The notes below the pieces were generated by a model that was not told the origin of the DNA, did no database searches, and saw nothing but the letters and a program-made list of their open reading frames with translations. DNA of 60,632 bases, the filler included, from Sphacelaria rigidula (Eukaryota), in the NCBI GenBank assembly GCA_964200075.2. It is 10 parts of 10 records of this genome, joined end to end, with 100 filler letters (N's around TTAATTAATTAA, not from the genome) between each part and the next. Parts side by side here need not be neighbours in the genome. Positions count along the whole stretch, not along the records: positions 48,589 to 54,560 come from CAXNAA020023096.1; positions 54,661 to 60,632 come from CAXNAA020023097.1; 8 more parts are not named here. One strand, given 5' to 3'. Below, one piece after another: positions 49,988 to 60,632 of the stretch. Every line of letters starts with the position of its first letter. Positions within the stretch are counted from its first letter, which is position 1. A program made the position numbers and the translations under genes.

Positions 49988-52160
49988 GTTGCCCCGGAGG
50001 ACATCATCGACGATATGTCGGGAGGGGGGGGCTCCAACGCAAAGCTGTTGCAAGCCGTTGCCCAGGGCTGGATCAGCATCTGCCAGATACTGCGAGTCCT
50101 GGAGAGATGGAATACCCTCAAGACGTTCTACCTGGCGAAGAGGGAACCATTTCCCTTGACGGGCAATAAGGACTAGGTGGGTCGAAGATCGTTAATATTG
50201 GCGCCCGGTGTGTCAATGGCATAATATGTATACAAATTGATTTGCTGTTGTTGGGTTGCTTCGTGGACGCCGGCGGTTGCATTTTGAGAGACATCTGCCA
50301 GATACTGCTGCGTGTCCTGGAGGGATGGAATATCCTCAAGATGTTCTACCTGGCGAAGGGGGAACCGCTTCCCTTGACGAGCAAAAAGGACGAGGTGAGT
50401 CGAAGATCGTTACTTTTGGTGCCCGGTATCTCGGTAGTATATATGCATTAATTTACTGTTGATGCGTCGTTTCGAGGACGTCGGCCGTTACAATTTGGCA
50501 AAGCGTGATCGATGTGACACGTGATGCTCGGAATACCCTCCCCTGCCGTGGTGGTGAATGCCCCATCCTTCTCCTCTCCCTCTTTGTTGGTCACGACAGC
50601 ATTGTTGTCTTGTTCGAGCGTCACGGATTACCCACGTTCCTCCGCCTATCATCAATGCTGTGTTCTCAGGTGGAGAAGGTATATGCTATCATCGATGAGG
50701 TGAAATGGGTTATCGTGTACACACATGCGACTTACACACACCAACTGCGCAGGGTGGACTTCAAGACCTGGTTCTACTCGCGACCATCTTTTTGAAACCG
50801 AACCATCCGGTCATGGTGAGGCATATGGCGAAAGTTGGCCAAGACAAAGAAAACGTGGATCCGCCCAAGTCCCAACCCCCCGCCGCCTTGACAAGGGTCG
50901 CGGCAGTCACCCGCAAGGCGTTTGCTCAAGGCGTGGCTGGACGATTTGTATCACCAAGCAGCCATAGGGATGGCATGGCTATGTTCCTTACTCCGCACGG
51001 GTGCGGTCTCAAATGCGTAGAGAAGCTTCAGACTTCGACCATCGGGACCCTTGGAGGGTTCACGAAGTCAGCCGACGACGTGAAGGTGGTTATTGGCCAA
51101 GTGGAAGATGTTTTTACCAAAGCTATCGAGAAGGGTAGAGCTGGGCTTAGGACGACTCCTGTCCTTGAAGAGATCGAGTTGCGGGCGGTGGAGCGGTTGA
51201 AAACCGCCACCGGCGCCGCTGCCGATCTGCGGTGAGAGGAGTTTGCCGCGGAGGAAATCATGGACTCCAGCAGCGATGAATATGGGGAAGCCGCGAGCGC
51301 CCCCAAGACCACTTCTGAGCAAGAAATCGATGACCTCATCAAGGCGTGGATGAACGCCAACATGTCTCGTGCGTTGCGGTGTATCGAAATTCCCTGCATT
51401 GGACGTGCCCATTATTTGATCCCTACCCACTGATAATAGGTACGTGACACCAAGAATTAGGATCGTTCACGTTCGTTCGTGCTCCCCCGACATTTTAATA
51501 TGTCGTCGTCAAAACGCAAACATCACCACTGCCCCGTCACATGCACTTCGTTGACTTTTTGGTTTTGGAGAGACGCGTATATCGCGTGGGTCATACTACA
51601 TACCAATAAGCAGACTTCGATCATTGTGATAATGCAGCAAAAATGTAGGACGCTTGAGTGGATGAGGTAGCTGGCGAGCCGTAACCCACTTCTATGTGTT
51701 CAATGTGATGCGTATTTTCGTTGTTCCGGGTTACAGATCGAAAAAGAGGAGAGGATGGTGTCGAGTATTTGCGGGCTCACGGCCAAGAGCGCTGACCCTA
51801 TCTTCTGTCCCTGGCGCAGGCGGTGTTTGGTGCACCTTCCTCCGTGGGCGTAATGGAGCGTGACTTCTGCGTCGTGGATATGTTCCAGCCCCGCAAACGC
51901 GATGGCGTCAACCCCGCCAATCTTGAGATGGCTTGTATCTGCGAGACCAGTTCGATAACATACCGATGGATATCCCCCAACTAAGGGAGGAAAAGGCGGC
52001 AAAGGCTGTCCCACGTCGGATTACAGAAGAGAAAGTGCTCAAGGAAGTGAAGGTGTTGAACTTCTCCTTCGAACAATAGCATGACATATATGACGAGGAA
52101 GATTTCTCCTGGGAGGACTGGGATGCGGCGGTACTGAATCAGCTTCTTGGAACCTTGTCT
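49988..52160 (+). pseudogene. hAT-superfamily transposase pseudogene with spliceosomal introns
   Basis: Exon-like blocks 49988-50176 (KLLQAVAQGWISICQILRVLERW), duplicate 50292-50394|gtgagt, cag|50670-~51368|gtgcgt, and cag|51737-~52160 with the hAT dimerisation motif ER*PYLLSLAQAVFGAPSSVGVMERDF..RKR..NPANLEM. Contains stops and frameshifts. Confidence 0.8.
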
Positions 52161-52219
52161 GACTATCACATGCAGTGTGTAGGTCCCGAAAATTGTTTCG
52201 AATGAAAACCCAAGGTTGA

Positions 52220-52294
52220 CGCGCCCTGGTGGTCCACTGGCCTTGTCCAAATTAGGGTCGATAGAACGAGAGTTCGAATCCCGATGCGTTGGGT
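52220..52294 (+). mobile_element. tRNA-derived SINE head (related to 17770-17846)
   Basis: B-box gttcgaatcc and shared cccgatgcgttgggt. Confidence 0.55.
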
Positions 52295-52548
52295 CTTTTC
52301 CAAATATCCTATTTCCGCCGTCGATAAACAATGGCATCGTAATATTGAAAGTTGAGCGCCGATTGACGGTGGGGTTCATCAGTCGCTTTAACTTGGGCAA
52401 TTTTTTATTCCGTATGCGCTTTTCTTCGCCTGTATCACTGGCGTGTGCTTACAGCTACGCGTCGATATCGTACTCAGGGATTTCAAGGGCTTTAGTGGCA
52501 CGCTGCGCCAGAAAGCATATCGCGCCTCGTGGAGCGGCATTTCGTAAC

Positions 52549-52580
<32 letters not shown>

Positions 52581-52780
52581 GTGACGCACTTCAACTGCCC
52601 CCCCCAGGGATCCAGCCGTGATCACATGATAGACGTACCCAAGACAAGCCAGAACGAATACACTCGCTGCAGAAAAAGAGAAGAAATAGAATAATCAGAA
52701 CAGAACACCATAGTAGACCAAGATGTAAAAAATATATGAAGTATATATATAGGAAAGAAGAGAAAAAAAAAAAATGGCTG
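52549..52780 (-). repeat. Short repeat with (CAAT)n tail next to the LINE 3' end
   Basis: (GATT)n at 52549-52580. 'cacggctgg.tccc' followed by CAAT-rich sequence also occurs at ~11073-11230. Confidence 0.5.
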
Positions 52781-52789
52781 ATGTCTGCC

Positions 52790-54095
52790 ACATGACTTCG
52801 GCGTACAAGGTCCTGCGCAAAACCCCGTTTGTCCGCATGTCGCCAAGCATTCTCAAACTCTTCCACTCGTTTTTTCGACTCCAATATGTCATTTGCCCAT
52901 GTTCTTCGCTGCAGTGACCCAATCGTATGCATCGTTAACCTCTACACCGTACACGAACCATTTCCGTCGTGCTACTTTGTGCGGAACAGCCCCTAGTGCA
53001 CGTAGGTTCTCCTGGAGGGTCTCCTCCCATTGCTTGGGGGGGCGGCCGACCTCCTTCGGTCCTCGTGCGGTTAACCGTTCGTTCATGATGCATGTCGGAA
53101 GGCGTGTTTCCTTCCACCGGACAAGGGCTCCCGCATCCCAGAGTTGACGTTTTCGGACAGTCGTGTCGATGCGTTCGCAGTTGGTCATCTCGAGCACGGC
53201 TCTGCACGAAAGAGTCGTGTAGCCATTTCGATCTTTCCTGCGGAATCCAACCACTCGCAGCAAGAGCTTGTGATGAGCAGTCCGCAGACTGTCGAAGTTC
53301 TCAGAACATAGCATCGATGTGGCACATTCATACAACAGGACTTTACCACCTCCGCTCTAAGTAGCTGGACGTTCAGGGATAGCTGGGCGTTGGGTCGGTC
53401 GTAGAGTTGGGAGCTATATGTTCGGATGCGCGCCCACGCCGCGCTGATACCGCGGTTTATTTTGATGGATATTTTCGCATCCGCGCTGATAGGACCACCA
53501 AGGTAGACAAACATCCCCGTCTGCTTATTACACCGTTGACCGGCAACTTTGATGTGCAGGGCGGCCTCCGTGGGACTAGGTACTGACTAAAGACGCATGG
53601 GCTCTGTCTTGCTCTCGGAGACCATCAGCCCGAATTCCTCGCAGGTCAGCACTATCACGAGCATCAGTCGAGCGAGGCCTTCTGAGGTCCTCGAGACTAT
53701 GCCGGCGTCGTCCGCATAAAGCATTGCCCACATCGTGCGTCGCACCTTTTCCAGCGGCGTCTCTTTCACGGGTTCATCACCATCACCTTTTGGCGCATCA
53801 TCTAGAAACACCAAGTCTGAGACGACAACTGGGTCCGCCGCGAACCGCTGAACGATCACGTCGACCAAGGCTGCTCCGAAGATGTTGAACAACACCGGAT
53901 ACGAAACGCAACCTTGTCTGAGTCCGTGGCAGACTTGAAACCACGCTGATAGTTCATCACCATCTAGTTGTACCCGAGCTCGCATGTCGGCGTGTAACAT
54001 GTACTAATCATCGTGATCATCCGCGACGGAACTCTGAACCGGGCAAGCACTTCCCACAGGAGCGAGCGGTCTACAGAATTGTAGGCTAACTGGAA
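52790..54095 (-). mobile_element. 5'-truncated non-LTR retrotransposon (RTE-like) RT
   Basis: AYNSVDRSLLWEVL..GLRQGCV..PVLFNIF..MLYADDA..FGLMVSESKTE..FVYLGG..RKRQLW.AG..RLP..IM..GRPPKQW. Frameshifted. Confidence 0.93.
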
Positions 54096-54560
54096 CGATT
54101 CATTCACTAATCGACCGCTTCTCACTCTCAATCGTATTCTCTACTTCCAATCCCATGCGAACAGCGAGCAAAAAGTAGTTGACTGAGTTTGTTTGCCGTG
54201 AGGTGACGCGATGCGGGAGAGTGATGACCCAACCCGCGAGAGCAACGTGCAAGGCGTGTACCGGGTAGAGATGGGTTGATCCCTTGAGACCACGTACTCG
54301 TCCAGACAAGGGGGAGGGGTACATAGTGCGACAAATAAAAAAGCTGTATTTGAGATACAACACAGTGGCATATACTGTAGTAAAGTGATGGAATCCTGGT
54401 GGCGTAGTCTTTTCTATATATAGATTGTAGTAGTAAGTGGTGCTGCTGCAACAAATGTGTCTTCAATGAGTCATCCTACGATGGGGGGGGGGGGGGGATT
54501 TTGGGCCATTTGTTGTTCAAAACTTCGGGTCAGGTCGTCGTTGAAAGCAGCAACGGGTGT

Positions 54561-54660
54561 NNNNNNNNNNNNNNNNNNNNNNNNNNNNNNNNNNNNNNNN
54601 NNNNTTAATTAATTAANNNNNNNNNNNNNNNNNNNNNNNNNNNNNNNNNNNNNNNNNNNN
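54561..54660. other. Artificial contig linker
   Basis: Same spacer. Confidence 0.99.
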
Positions 54661-54729
54661 GGACGTTACAGACGTTGCACAAGGTCTGTAACGTCCAAAT
54701 TTGAGGTTGCAGGCACCCCAGTGGCCACT

Positions 54730-55625
54730 CGTGTATATATTGTGTTGAGATGTCCTTGGAGACATTGAAGCAACAACATGTATTGCCCGTGTCACGATCA
54801 TGAAGTAATGTATGACAATATATATATATTGGACATGCATTTACTCCGGGAATAAAACATGCAATATATGTTGTGCATACCGGCCGTGTATGTATTGAAG
54901 TGTCAATATACATTAAGTCGAACCGATGCGTAGCATATTGTTACCATACTATATATTGAACGCAAACCATGCAAAAGAATTGTTTTTCCAATATATATTG
55001 CGCACGCTCATCATCACATAGCTATTGTGCAGCCAATATATATTGAGCACGCTTGCGGAGGAATATATTAAGCGTTTTCGACATGTGGTGACACATCTTT
55101 CAATGGCGCCAGCGAACATAGAGTTTCCCACTATACTATTTCCAATATATTGCTACATCAATATGTATTGTGTTGTGACCGTCGGTTCCCTCGTGATTCG
55201 TCCGCCCAATATATATCGGACGCATTGGCGCACGACATATTGAGGCGGCAATATATGTTGACGCCTCGGGTGTTGAGTATATTGAGTCATCAATATATAT
55301 TGACCTCGTGTGGCAGCCAATATATTACTCGACAAATATATATATATTGGTACTTTCTCGCACCAACATATTATTACTCGGCCAATATATATTGAGGTGG
55401 CGCGTGTCGTGATATATTGTTCGGTCGATATATATTGTATGCCGCGGGCCCTGACATAGAACCCTGTGCAGCTCGTCCTGCAGGGTGCTATTTGTCCACG
55501 TGTGTATATATTGACCACCCGACGCGTCCACATATTGTGCGGGCAACATATATTACATATTGTATTGTCCACGGTGTGGAAAATTTCGAGCGGGTGTTTG
55601 TTGTAGGAATCCGTAATATTGTGGA
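54730..55625. repeat. Array of palindromic CAATATATATTG-like motifs with variable spacers
   Basis: Many copies, e.g. ~54816, 55034, 55249, 55291 and 55383. Confidence 0.75.
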
Positions 55626-55779
55626 CAAACGTTTACTAGTTTTGTTGGTACTCAGGGTTTTCTCTCTAATGGACAAAAGCGCTCATAGAGCTTCTGAGTG
55701 TGGGTGAAATGTGCCTATTCTCTAGACAGTAGACTACTATGTAGTGGAAGGTTGCCGCTGCAATAGTCCCGAAGGTTTG

Positions 55780-56170
55780 ACTGTCGATGATCATTGTTAG
55801 CCGATTGGCACCCCTGTCTATCGATAGCATTTATAGGCGGCAATATGTTCGGGACGAGGGACAAAACCTATCATTGCCGTGACAATGGGGTGGCCAAGTT
55901 GTCTATCCATATTATTTGTCGTTTGTTACACTAGGTTCTCGGCTCTGGATTGCAGCCACCAGTGTCTGTTGCTTATCACAGTCTATCGATAGCCATTGCC
56001 ATCATCGGCAGATTTGAAAAGATATCGATCGATATATTCGATCGGCGGCAAGAGTTTCCCGTGTAGGGTCACAACAGGCTGCTGCTGCACGGGCAATGGT
56101 GTGAGAAAGGGGCCCATCGATAGACATTATCCATAACAATAAAAGGATAAACGTATCGATCGACAGCTAT
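55780..56170. repeat. Array of palindromic CTATCGATAG-like motifs
   Basis: tgtctatcgatagc (~55815), gtctatcgatagcc (55981), ccatcgatagaca (~56114) and variants. Confidence 0.6.
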
Positions 56171-56177
56171 TACCCAC

Positions 56178-56388
56178 TGTAACGCGTGAGAGGACCGCGT
56201 GCTTTGGGGACCGCATCGGAATTTGAACACCCCTATGGTTAGGGTTAGGGTTAGGGTTAGTGTTCGGGTTAGGGACCGGGGCGTGGTCCCTGCAGAGGCT
56301 GGCCCGATTGGTTTTGAAAAGAGTCGATACTGAGGTGTTTTGGACTACGATAGGGTCCTCTAAGCACGCGGTCCTCTCACGCATTACA
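56178..56388 (+). mobile_element. Full-length 211-bp MITE with internal telomeric TTAGGG tract, 4-bp TSD CCAC
   Basis: ccac|TGTAACGCGTGAGAGGACCGCGTGCTT...(ggttag)n...AAGCACGCGGTCCTCTCACGCATTACA|ccac. Confidence 0.92.
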
Positions 56389-57450
56389 CCACGACAGTAC
56401 TCGCATCTATCTACTGCGGCAGATTCCATTGCTATTGCAAAATATACCGTCTATTGTACAGTGTGTGGAGGTCACGCACAACGTGCTCAGCTGCTGCGAC
56501 ATTTTCTACAAAGTATCATTACGCAACGCACACAACCATCACATCGGTGCTCATGCACCTTGGCTGTCGATCCATTGAGCATGGTGGCAAAAGCCGCCGA
56601 AACTCTTGCACTTATATACTTAATGCGTACCCTTGCCAGGGGGTGTCATACTCTACTATACTGATGGAATACTTGATGTAGTGTGTCTTCCATATTGTCT
56701 GCGCCGCTGCAATATGATATGCATTGGTGAATTCCTTTATTTCCCGCAAATTCCCGCAAATACCCGCAAATAGAGGGTAGCCGGTGTGAGGGGATAGCTG
56801 CAGAAACTTTGCATGCATCATAGGTGTGTACATTTACCAGGGGGTGTTATATATTCTGTACATTGCTCTACTGTACTGCTTGCGGGCACCCCACGCATTT
56901 TGTTTCACATTGTTTCGGTTGCTGTAGTTGTCAGAAGCATTCGGGCCTACTGACTTTTATTGACTGCTCCCGCACTCGTACCTAGTAGTGGGTGTCACCC
57001 AAACGAAACAGTCATACGCCCGCGAGATATTGCTCTCGTCAAGCCTGCACGAAGTAAATCCGAATCCTGTGCGGTTGCGTTCATGTGCGCTGCATGTGCA
57101 TGCCGCAGCTATAACGGGAATACAACATTTTAAGTAATAGTAAGCGTCTGCCCGGTGAATATCTGGCACACGTTTTGCAGTGAGTCGCCGGCCATAGGGT
57201 ATGTCTGCTTCCTCGCCCACTTCCTTGCATCCCCCAATTCGGGACCGTCGACGCCCAGGCCATGCAGCCACTGCGCCTCTCGAGGAGCTTCCACAAAAAG
57301 ACAGCATAGCCGTGCACTTCCTCAGTGACTCGACCGCAGGGTCAAACGTAAAGCATCCGATGGTATCCATAGTGTCGCCGCCGTGGATGTTTCTGGTATT
57401 CCCTCGCGGTACGTTCCGCAGGAGTTTTCCGTGCTGGGAAAGGGGATTGT

Positions 57451-57567
57451 TGTAATGCGTGAGAGAACCGCGTGCTTAGAGGACCGCGTCGTAGTCCAAA
57501 ACACCTCAGGATCGACCTTCTTGAGAACCAATCGGGTCATTCCCTGCAGGGACCACGCCCCTGACCT
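57451..57567 (-). mobile_element. Truncated copy of the telomere-repeat MITE, ends where the telomeric tract would begin
   Basis: tgtaatgcgtgagagaaccgcgtgcttagaggaccgcgtcgtagtccaaaacacc...ctgcagggaccacgcccctgacc. Confidence 0.88.
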
Positions 57568-58739
57568 CAGCCTGAGGGAAAGTGGCCGCTTTAGGTCCGG
57601 CCAAACCTGCGAAGATACTGTCGAACATCACTACCAAACTTTACTGGCATTGACATATGCCGATCAGTACAAAACCGAACAATAATCGACATTTTAACGT
57701 TCTTATTAGAAAGCAACAAAAATGAAACGGTTTGCAGGTGGGAAAAGAGGGATTTTCATACTACAGGAGAAACTCTCTGTCCCCCAATGAGTGTTACATG
57801 CACTCGCAGAATATCTGTCGTCGTTGTTTCATATCTGGCGGGGGGGCGGGGAAGCCACAGTTCCTCAGGTAACAAGAGTTATTTCAATCATGCGACGTAG
57901 TTAATAAAATCGAAGTGTTTTGTTTCTATAGCTGTTCCGAAATTCGGTACATATATGATGTTAGGGTGGGTGACGTCTCTGCAGACGGCAGTCAGTAAAG
58001 TAGAGCATTGAAAGCTTAAGATTGCAGCATGGACGCACCCCTCTGCACCACGCTAGAAACGGTCAGATCACCACCATAGGTACCTTTTTTTTACTCCGCA
58101 TGTCAAGAAGATCTTCACAAGTGTTTGATGTCTCATGTACACACACCTCCAACTGGTGTCTCGCACGCTCTTGTCGTTGGGCACCCAGAGGGTCACTCAA
58201 ACACATGTCGGGTAAAATCAACGATGAATACCGCCCCCCAAGTTCAAATTGGACCTGTTCTTATTGCCGCAACACCGCCCTTGCCGGCATGCGTGTGACA
58301 GAGAACAATTGTAGCGGTGACGGGAGCTTTGCCCTCTTTTTCAACGACATGTTTTTCAGCGCACAGAGGCGCGCCCTATCCAAAACAAGAGGCAGAGAGA
58401 AATCGATCTTCGCATTGTTGAGCTCCACAGGCAAGAAGAGACGGAATCTCTCCGCACCTCGATGTTCTCTGGGGGGCTGCACGCAGCAATATAATGACAT
58501 GCGTACCGGCACATGGAAATTTGGGCAAATGCTGGTAACATCCATGATGCCGGTCTCTCGAGCGATTGGCAATTGCCGAGCGAGGATACAAAAAGGACAC
58601 GGGTGAGAAGCTTCCTCTCTGTCGTTGCTTCTCTCTCGGGTGAAACGATTTCTTCTGCACATCATTTTAGTCGCCTACCTGCTGTACTGCAGGGTATGGC
58701 TGCATATGACCCATGATGAGCTACCGACGCGGTCAAACG

Positions 58740-58980
58740 GTGAACCCTTTGACGGCGAGAATAGGCCATACGTTGAATCGGCATCAATTTCACCTGGAAA
58801 GGTATGCTTGATTTCGGTGACCGACCCTCGCAGTAAAACTGTTGACCCTTTGATCGCGAGGGTGGGTCACCTGCTGAATCGGCATCAATTTCACTGGGGA
58901 AAGTATGGGTGATCCAGATTGACTACCCGTACCGCAGTCTAAGCGTTAACCCTTTGACCGCCAGGGTAGGGCATCTGGAC
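58740..58980 (+). repeat. ~103-bp tandem repeat (2 full units plus a partial) starting (T)TAACCCTTTGAC
   Basis: Units at ~58741, 58843 and 58947; the first two share tgaatcggcatcaatttcac. Related starts at ~32155 and ~2604. Confidence 0.7.
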
Positions 58981-59358
58981 CATAGGCGATTGAACAGATG
59001 ACCTATTACATACAAGGCTTCCCTTCGGGAGGTTGGTGCGGGCCTCCCGAGGGTGGCGCAAGTCAAAAATATATGGCTAAGAGAGGCTGTTGTATGTCAA
59101 TGTACAGTAGTGATCGTGGCTGTGCAAAACATCGCATGTGACATCGGATGGTGGCTGCGGATAAGGTTCACCAACTCGAGTAACACAGATGTAAAGGTTC
59201 TACAATTGTTGGGCGGCAATAATTTCGACATATGTGACGTATGCGTATGGATGCGACATGAGCTGAAGGTGGTGTTGAACGCTTTGTACGTTTGGTCGAG
59301 ACAACCAGCAGCCCGTATCTGTTCGAAATCAGTTCAAGCCGAGATTGAAGCGTGCAGT

Positions 59359-59569
59359 TGTAATGCGTGAGAGGACCGCGTGCTTAGGGGATCGCATCGG
59401 AATGTAAACACCTCTATGGTTAGGGTTAGGGTTAGGGTTAGGGTTGGGTTTAGGGTCAGGGACGTGGTCCCTGCAGGGACTGACCCGACTGGTTATGAAA
59501 AACATCGATCCCGGGGTGTTTTGAACTACGACGCGGTCCCCTAAGCACGCAGTCCTCTCACGCATTACA
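59359..59569 (+). mobile_element. Full-length 211-bp MITE with internal telomeric TTAGGG tract, 4-bp TSD CAGT
   Basis: cagt|TGTAATGCGTGAGAGGACCGCGTGCTTAG...(ttaggg)4...CTAAGCACGCAGTCCTCTCACGCATTACA|cagt. Confidence 0.93.
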
Positions 59570-60632
59570 CAGTGCCATTCCCCCCAGAATCTGGAATTGG
59601 ATCATGACGGTGTTCGAAAATATGTCTCATAAGTTGCATTTTCGCTGATGTGTGCACATCTGGGTCGTTGAAAACTCGCCGGGCAAAACATCGTAGCAAG
59701 CAAGCTCCGTCTTCAATTTCATTGACTAATTCCTATGTTCCTGATAGATGTTGTTGGTCATCGTGATCATGGTTATCGTCATCGTGGCCGCCACGGCCGC
59801 TGTAACCGTCACCGCTGTTGGAGCCTGTGAGACCGTTGTCTCCATCACCACCGCAATTCTTGTCGCCTGAAGCAGTTCCGTTGTTACCATGACCGCGACG
59901 AGACAATCTAATATCAAAGACTGGAGGAGGTTGCCCTGTGGCAGGAGCGCTAAATTCCAAATACACAATGTTATGGACGTGTGGGAGACCGTCTAAAAGG
60001 CGATCTTCTCGGGATTAGGGTTAGGATAACCAAGGCCGACGGCGGAACCGCCGGCATAGGACATGTGACACTATTCTGGGTGCGCCTGAGAGTGATGCTA
60101 CGGTAGGGTTGCACTTTTTGAGCGAAAATGTTTCTCGGGGTGTTGCACGGATCATTTTGAGAATCGGCATCATTTTCATTTGAAAAAGACTGAAAATGAG
60201 GCCGATTCACGAAAAGGCCCCTGTGTGCATGTCCATGTCCTGTCCCCGGAGATTTGGGTTGCACAGTAAGTCCCATATATTTGGGCTCCTACAAAAATGA
60301 GACCCAGAAACAAAAGGTTCAACCCCTATCGTAGCATTGCTCCTGACCCCCCAAAATGAGCAAAAAAGGTGTCACCCACCGAAAGCACGAACAGACCAGA
60401 GATCTCGTTCATCCCCTGATTCTGCATGCCGTGAAATCGCCCAAAGTACTTGTGATTCGAGTGGGGTTTCCACTTGACGATTTCCCACTTTCGTCGTCCG
60501 GAACTACGAACCACGGTGTGCCTCGGCTACCCACCGGCGTGTATTTGTTCAAGCTAAAATTTGACAGGATGGTTTTACCAAAAACGTTATAACAGCCGAT
60601 TTTATATTTTGGGGTTCATACAAAATATGGGG

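Noticed and set aside
54730..55625. CRISPR-like repeat/spacer array
   Set aside because: Repeats are only ~12 nt, degenerate and irregularly spaced. There are no cas genes and the context is eukaryotic.
58022..58665. 194-aa ORF and its antisense ORFs as a gene
   Set aside because: No recognisable domain or splice structure, and the coding strand cannot be determined by eye.
59417..59455. True chromosome telomere
   Set aside because: Short interstitial tract enclosed by TIRs and a TSD.

Overview
This window is not one locus. It is ten short contigs of 5974-5972 bp, in descending size order, joined by identical 100-nt artificial linkers (N44-TTAATTAATTAA-N44). The contigs are 1-5974, 6075-12048, 12149-18122, 18223-24196, 24297-30270, 30371-36343, 36444-42416, 42517-48488, 48589-54560 and 54661-60632. 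The DNA is repeat-rich eukaryotic nuclear sequence with long introns. An aureochrome-type LOV gene and TTAGGG repeats point to a photosynthetic stramenopile, most likely a brown alga (inference). Host genes appear only as small spliced exons that the ORF track misses or buries: three in-phase exons of an aureochrome-like LOV photoreceptor (contig 2) and one exportin-7 exon with a GC donor (contig 1). The rest is transposon debris: a chromodomain Ty3/Gypsy pol, two Ty1/Copia elements (one with both LTRs, a half-tRNA-type PBS and an internal inverted duplication), an RTE-like LINE, an intron-containing hAT transposase pseudogene, tRNA-derived SINE heads and many MITEs. The most unusual item is a 211-bp TGT...ACA element with ~37-bp TIRs and 4-bp TSDs that carries a telomeric (TTAGGG)n core, with five copies or fragments in three contigs. 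All family calls come from motif recognition by eye; no searches were run.
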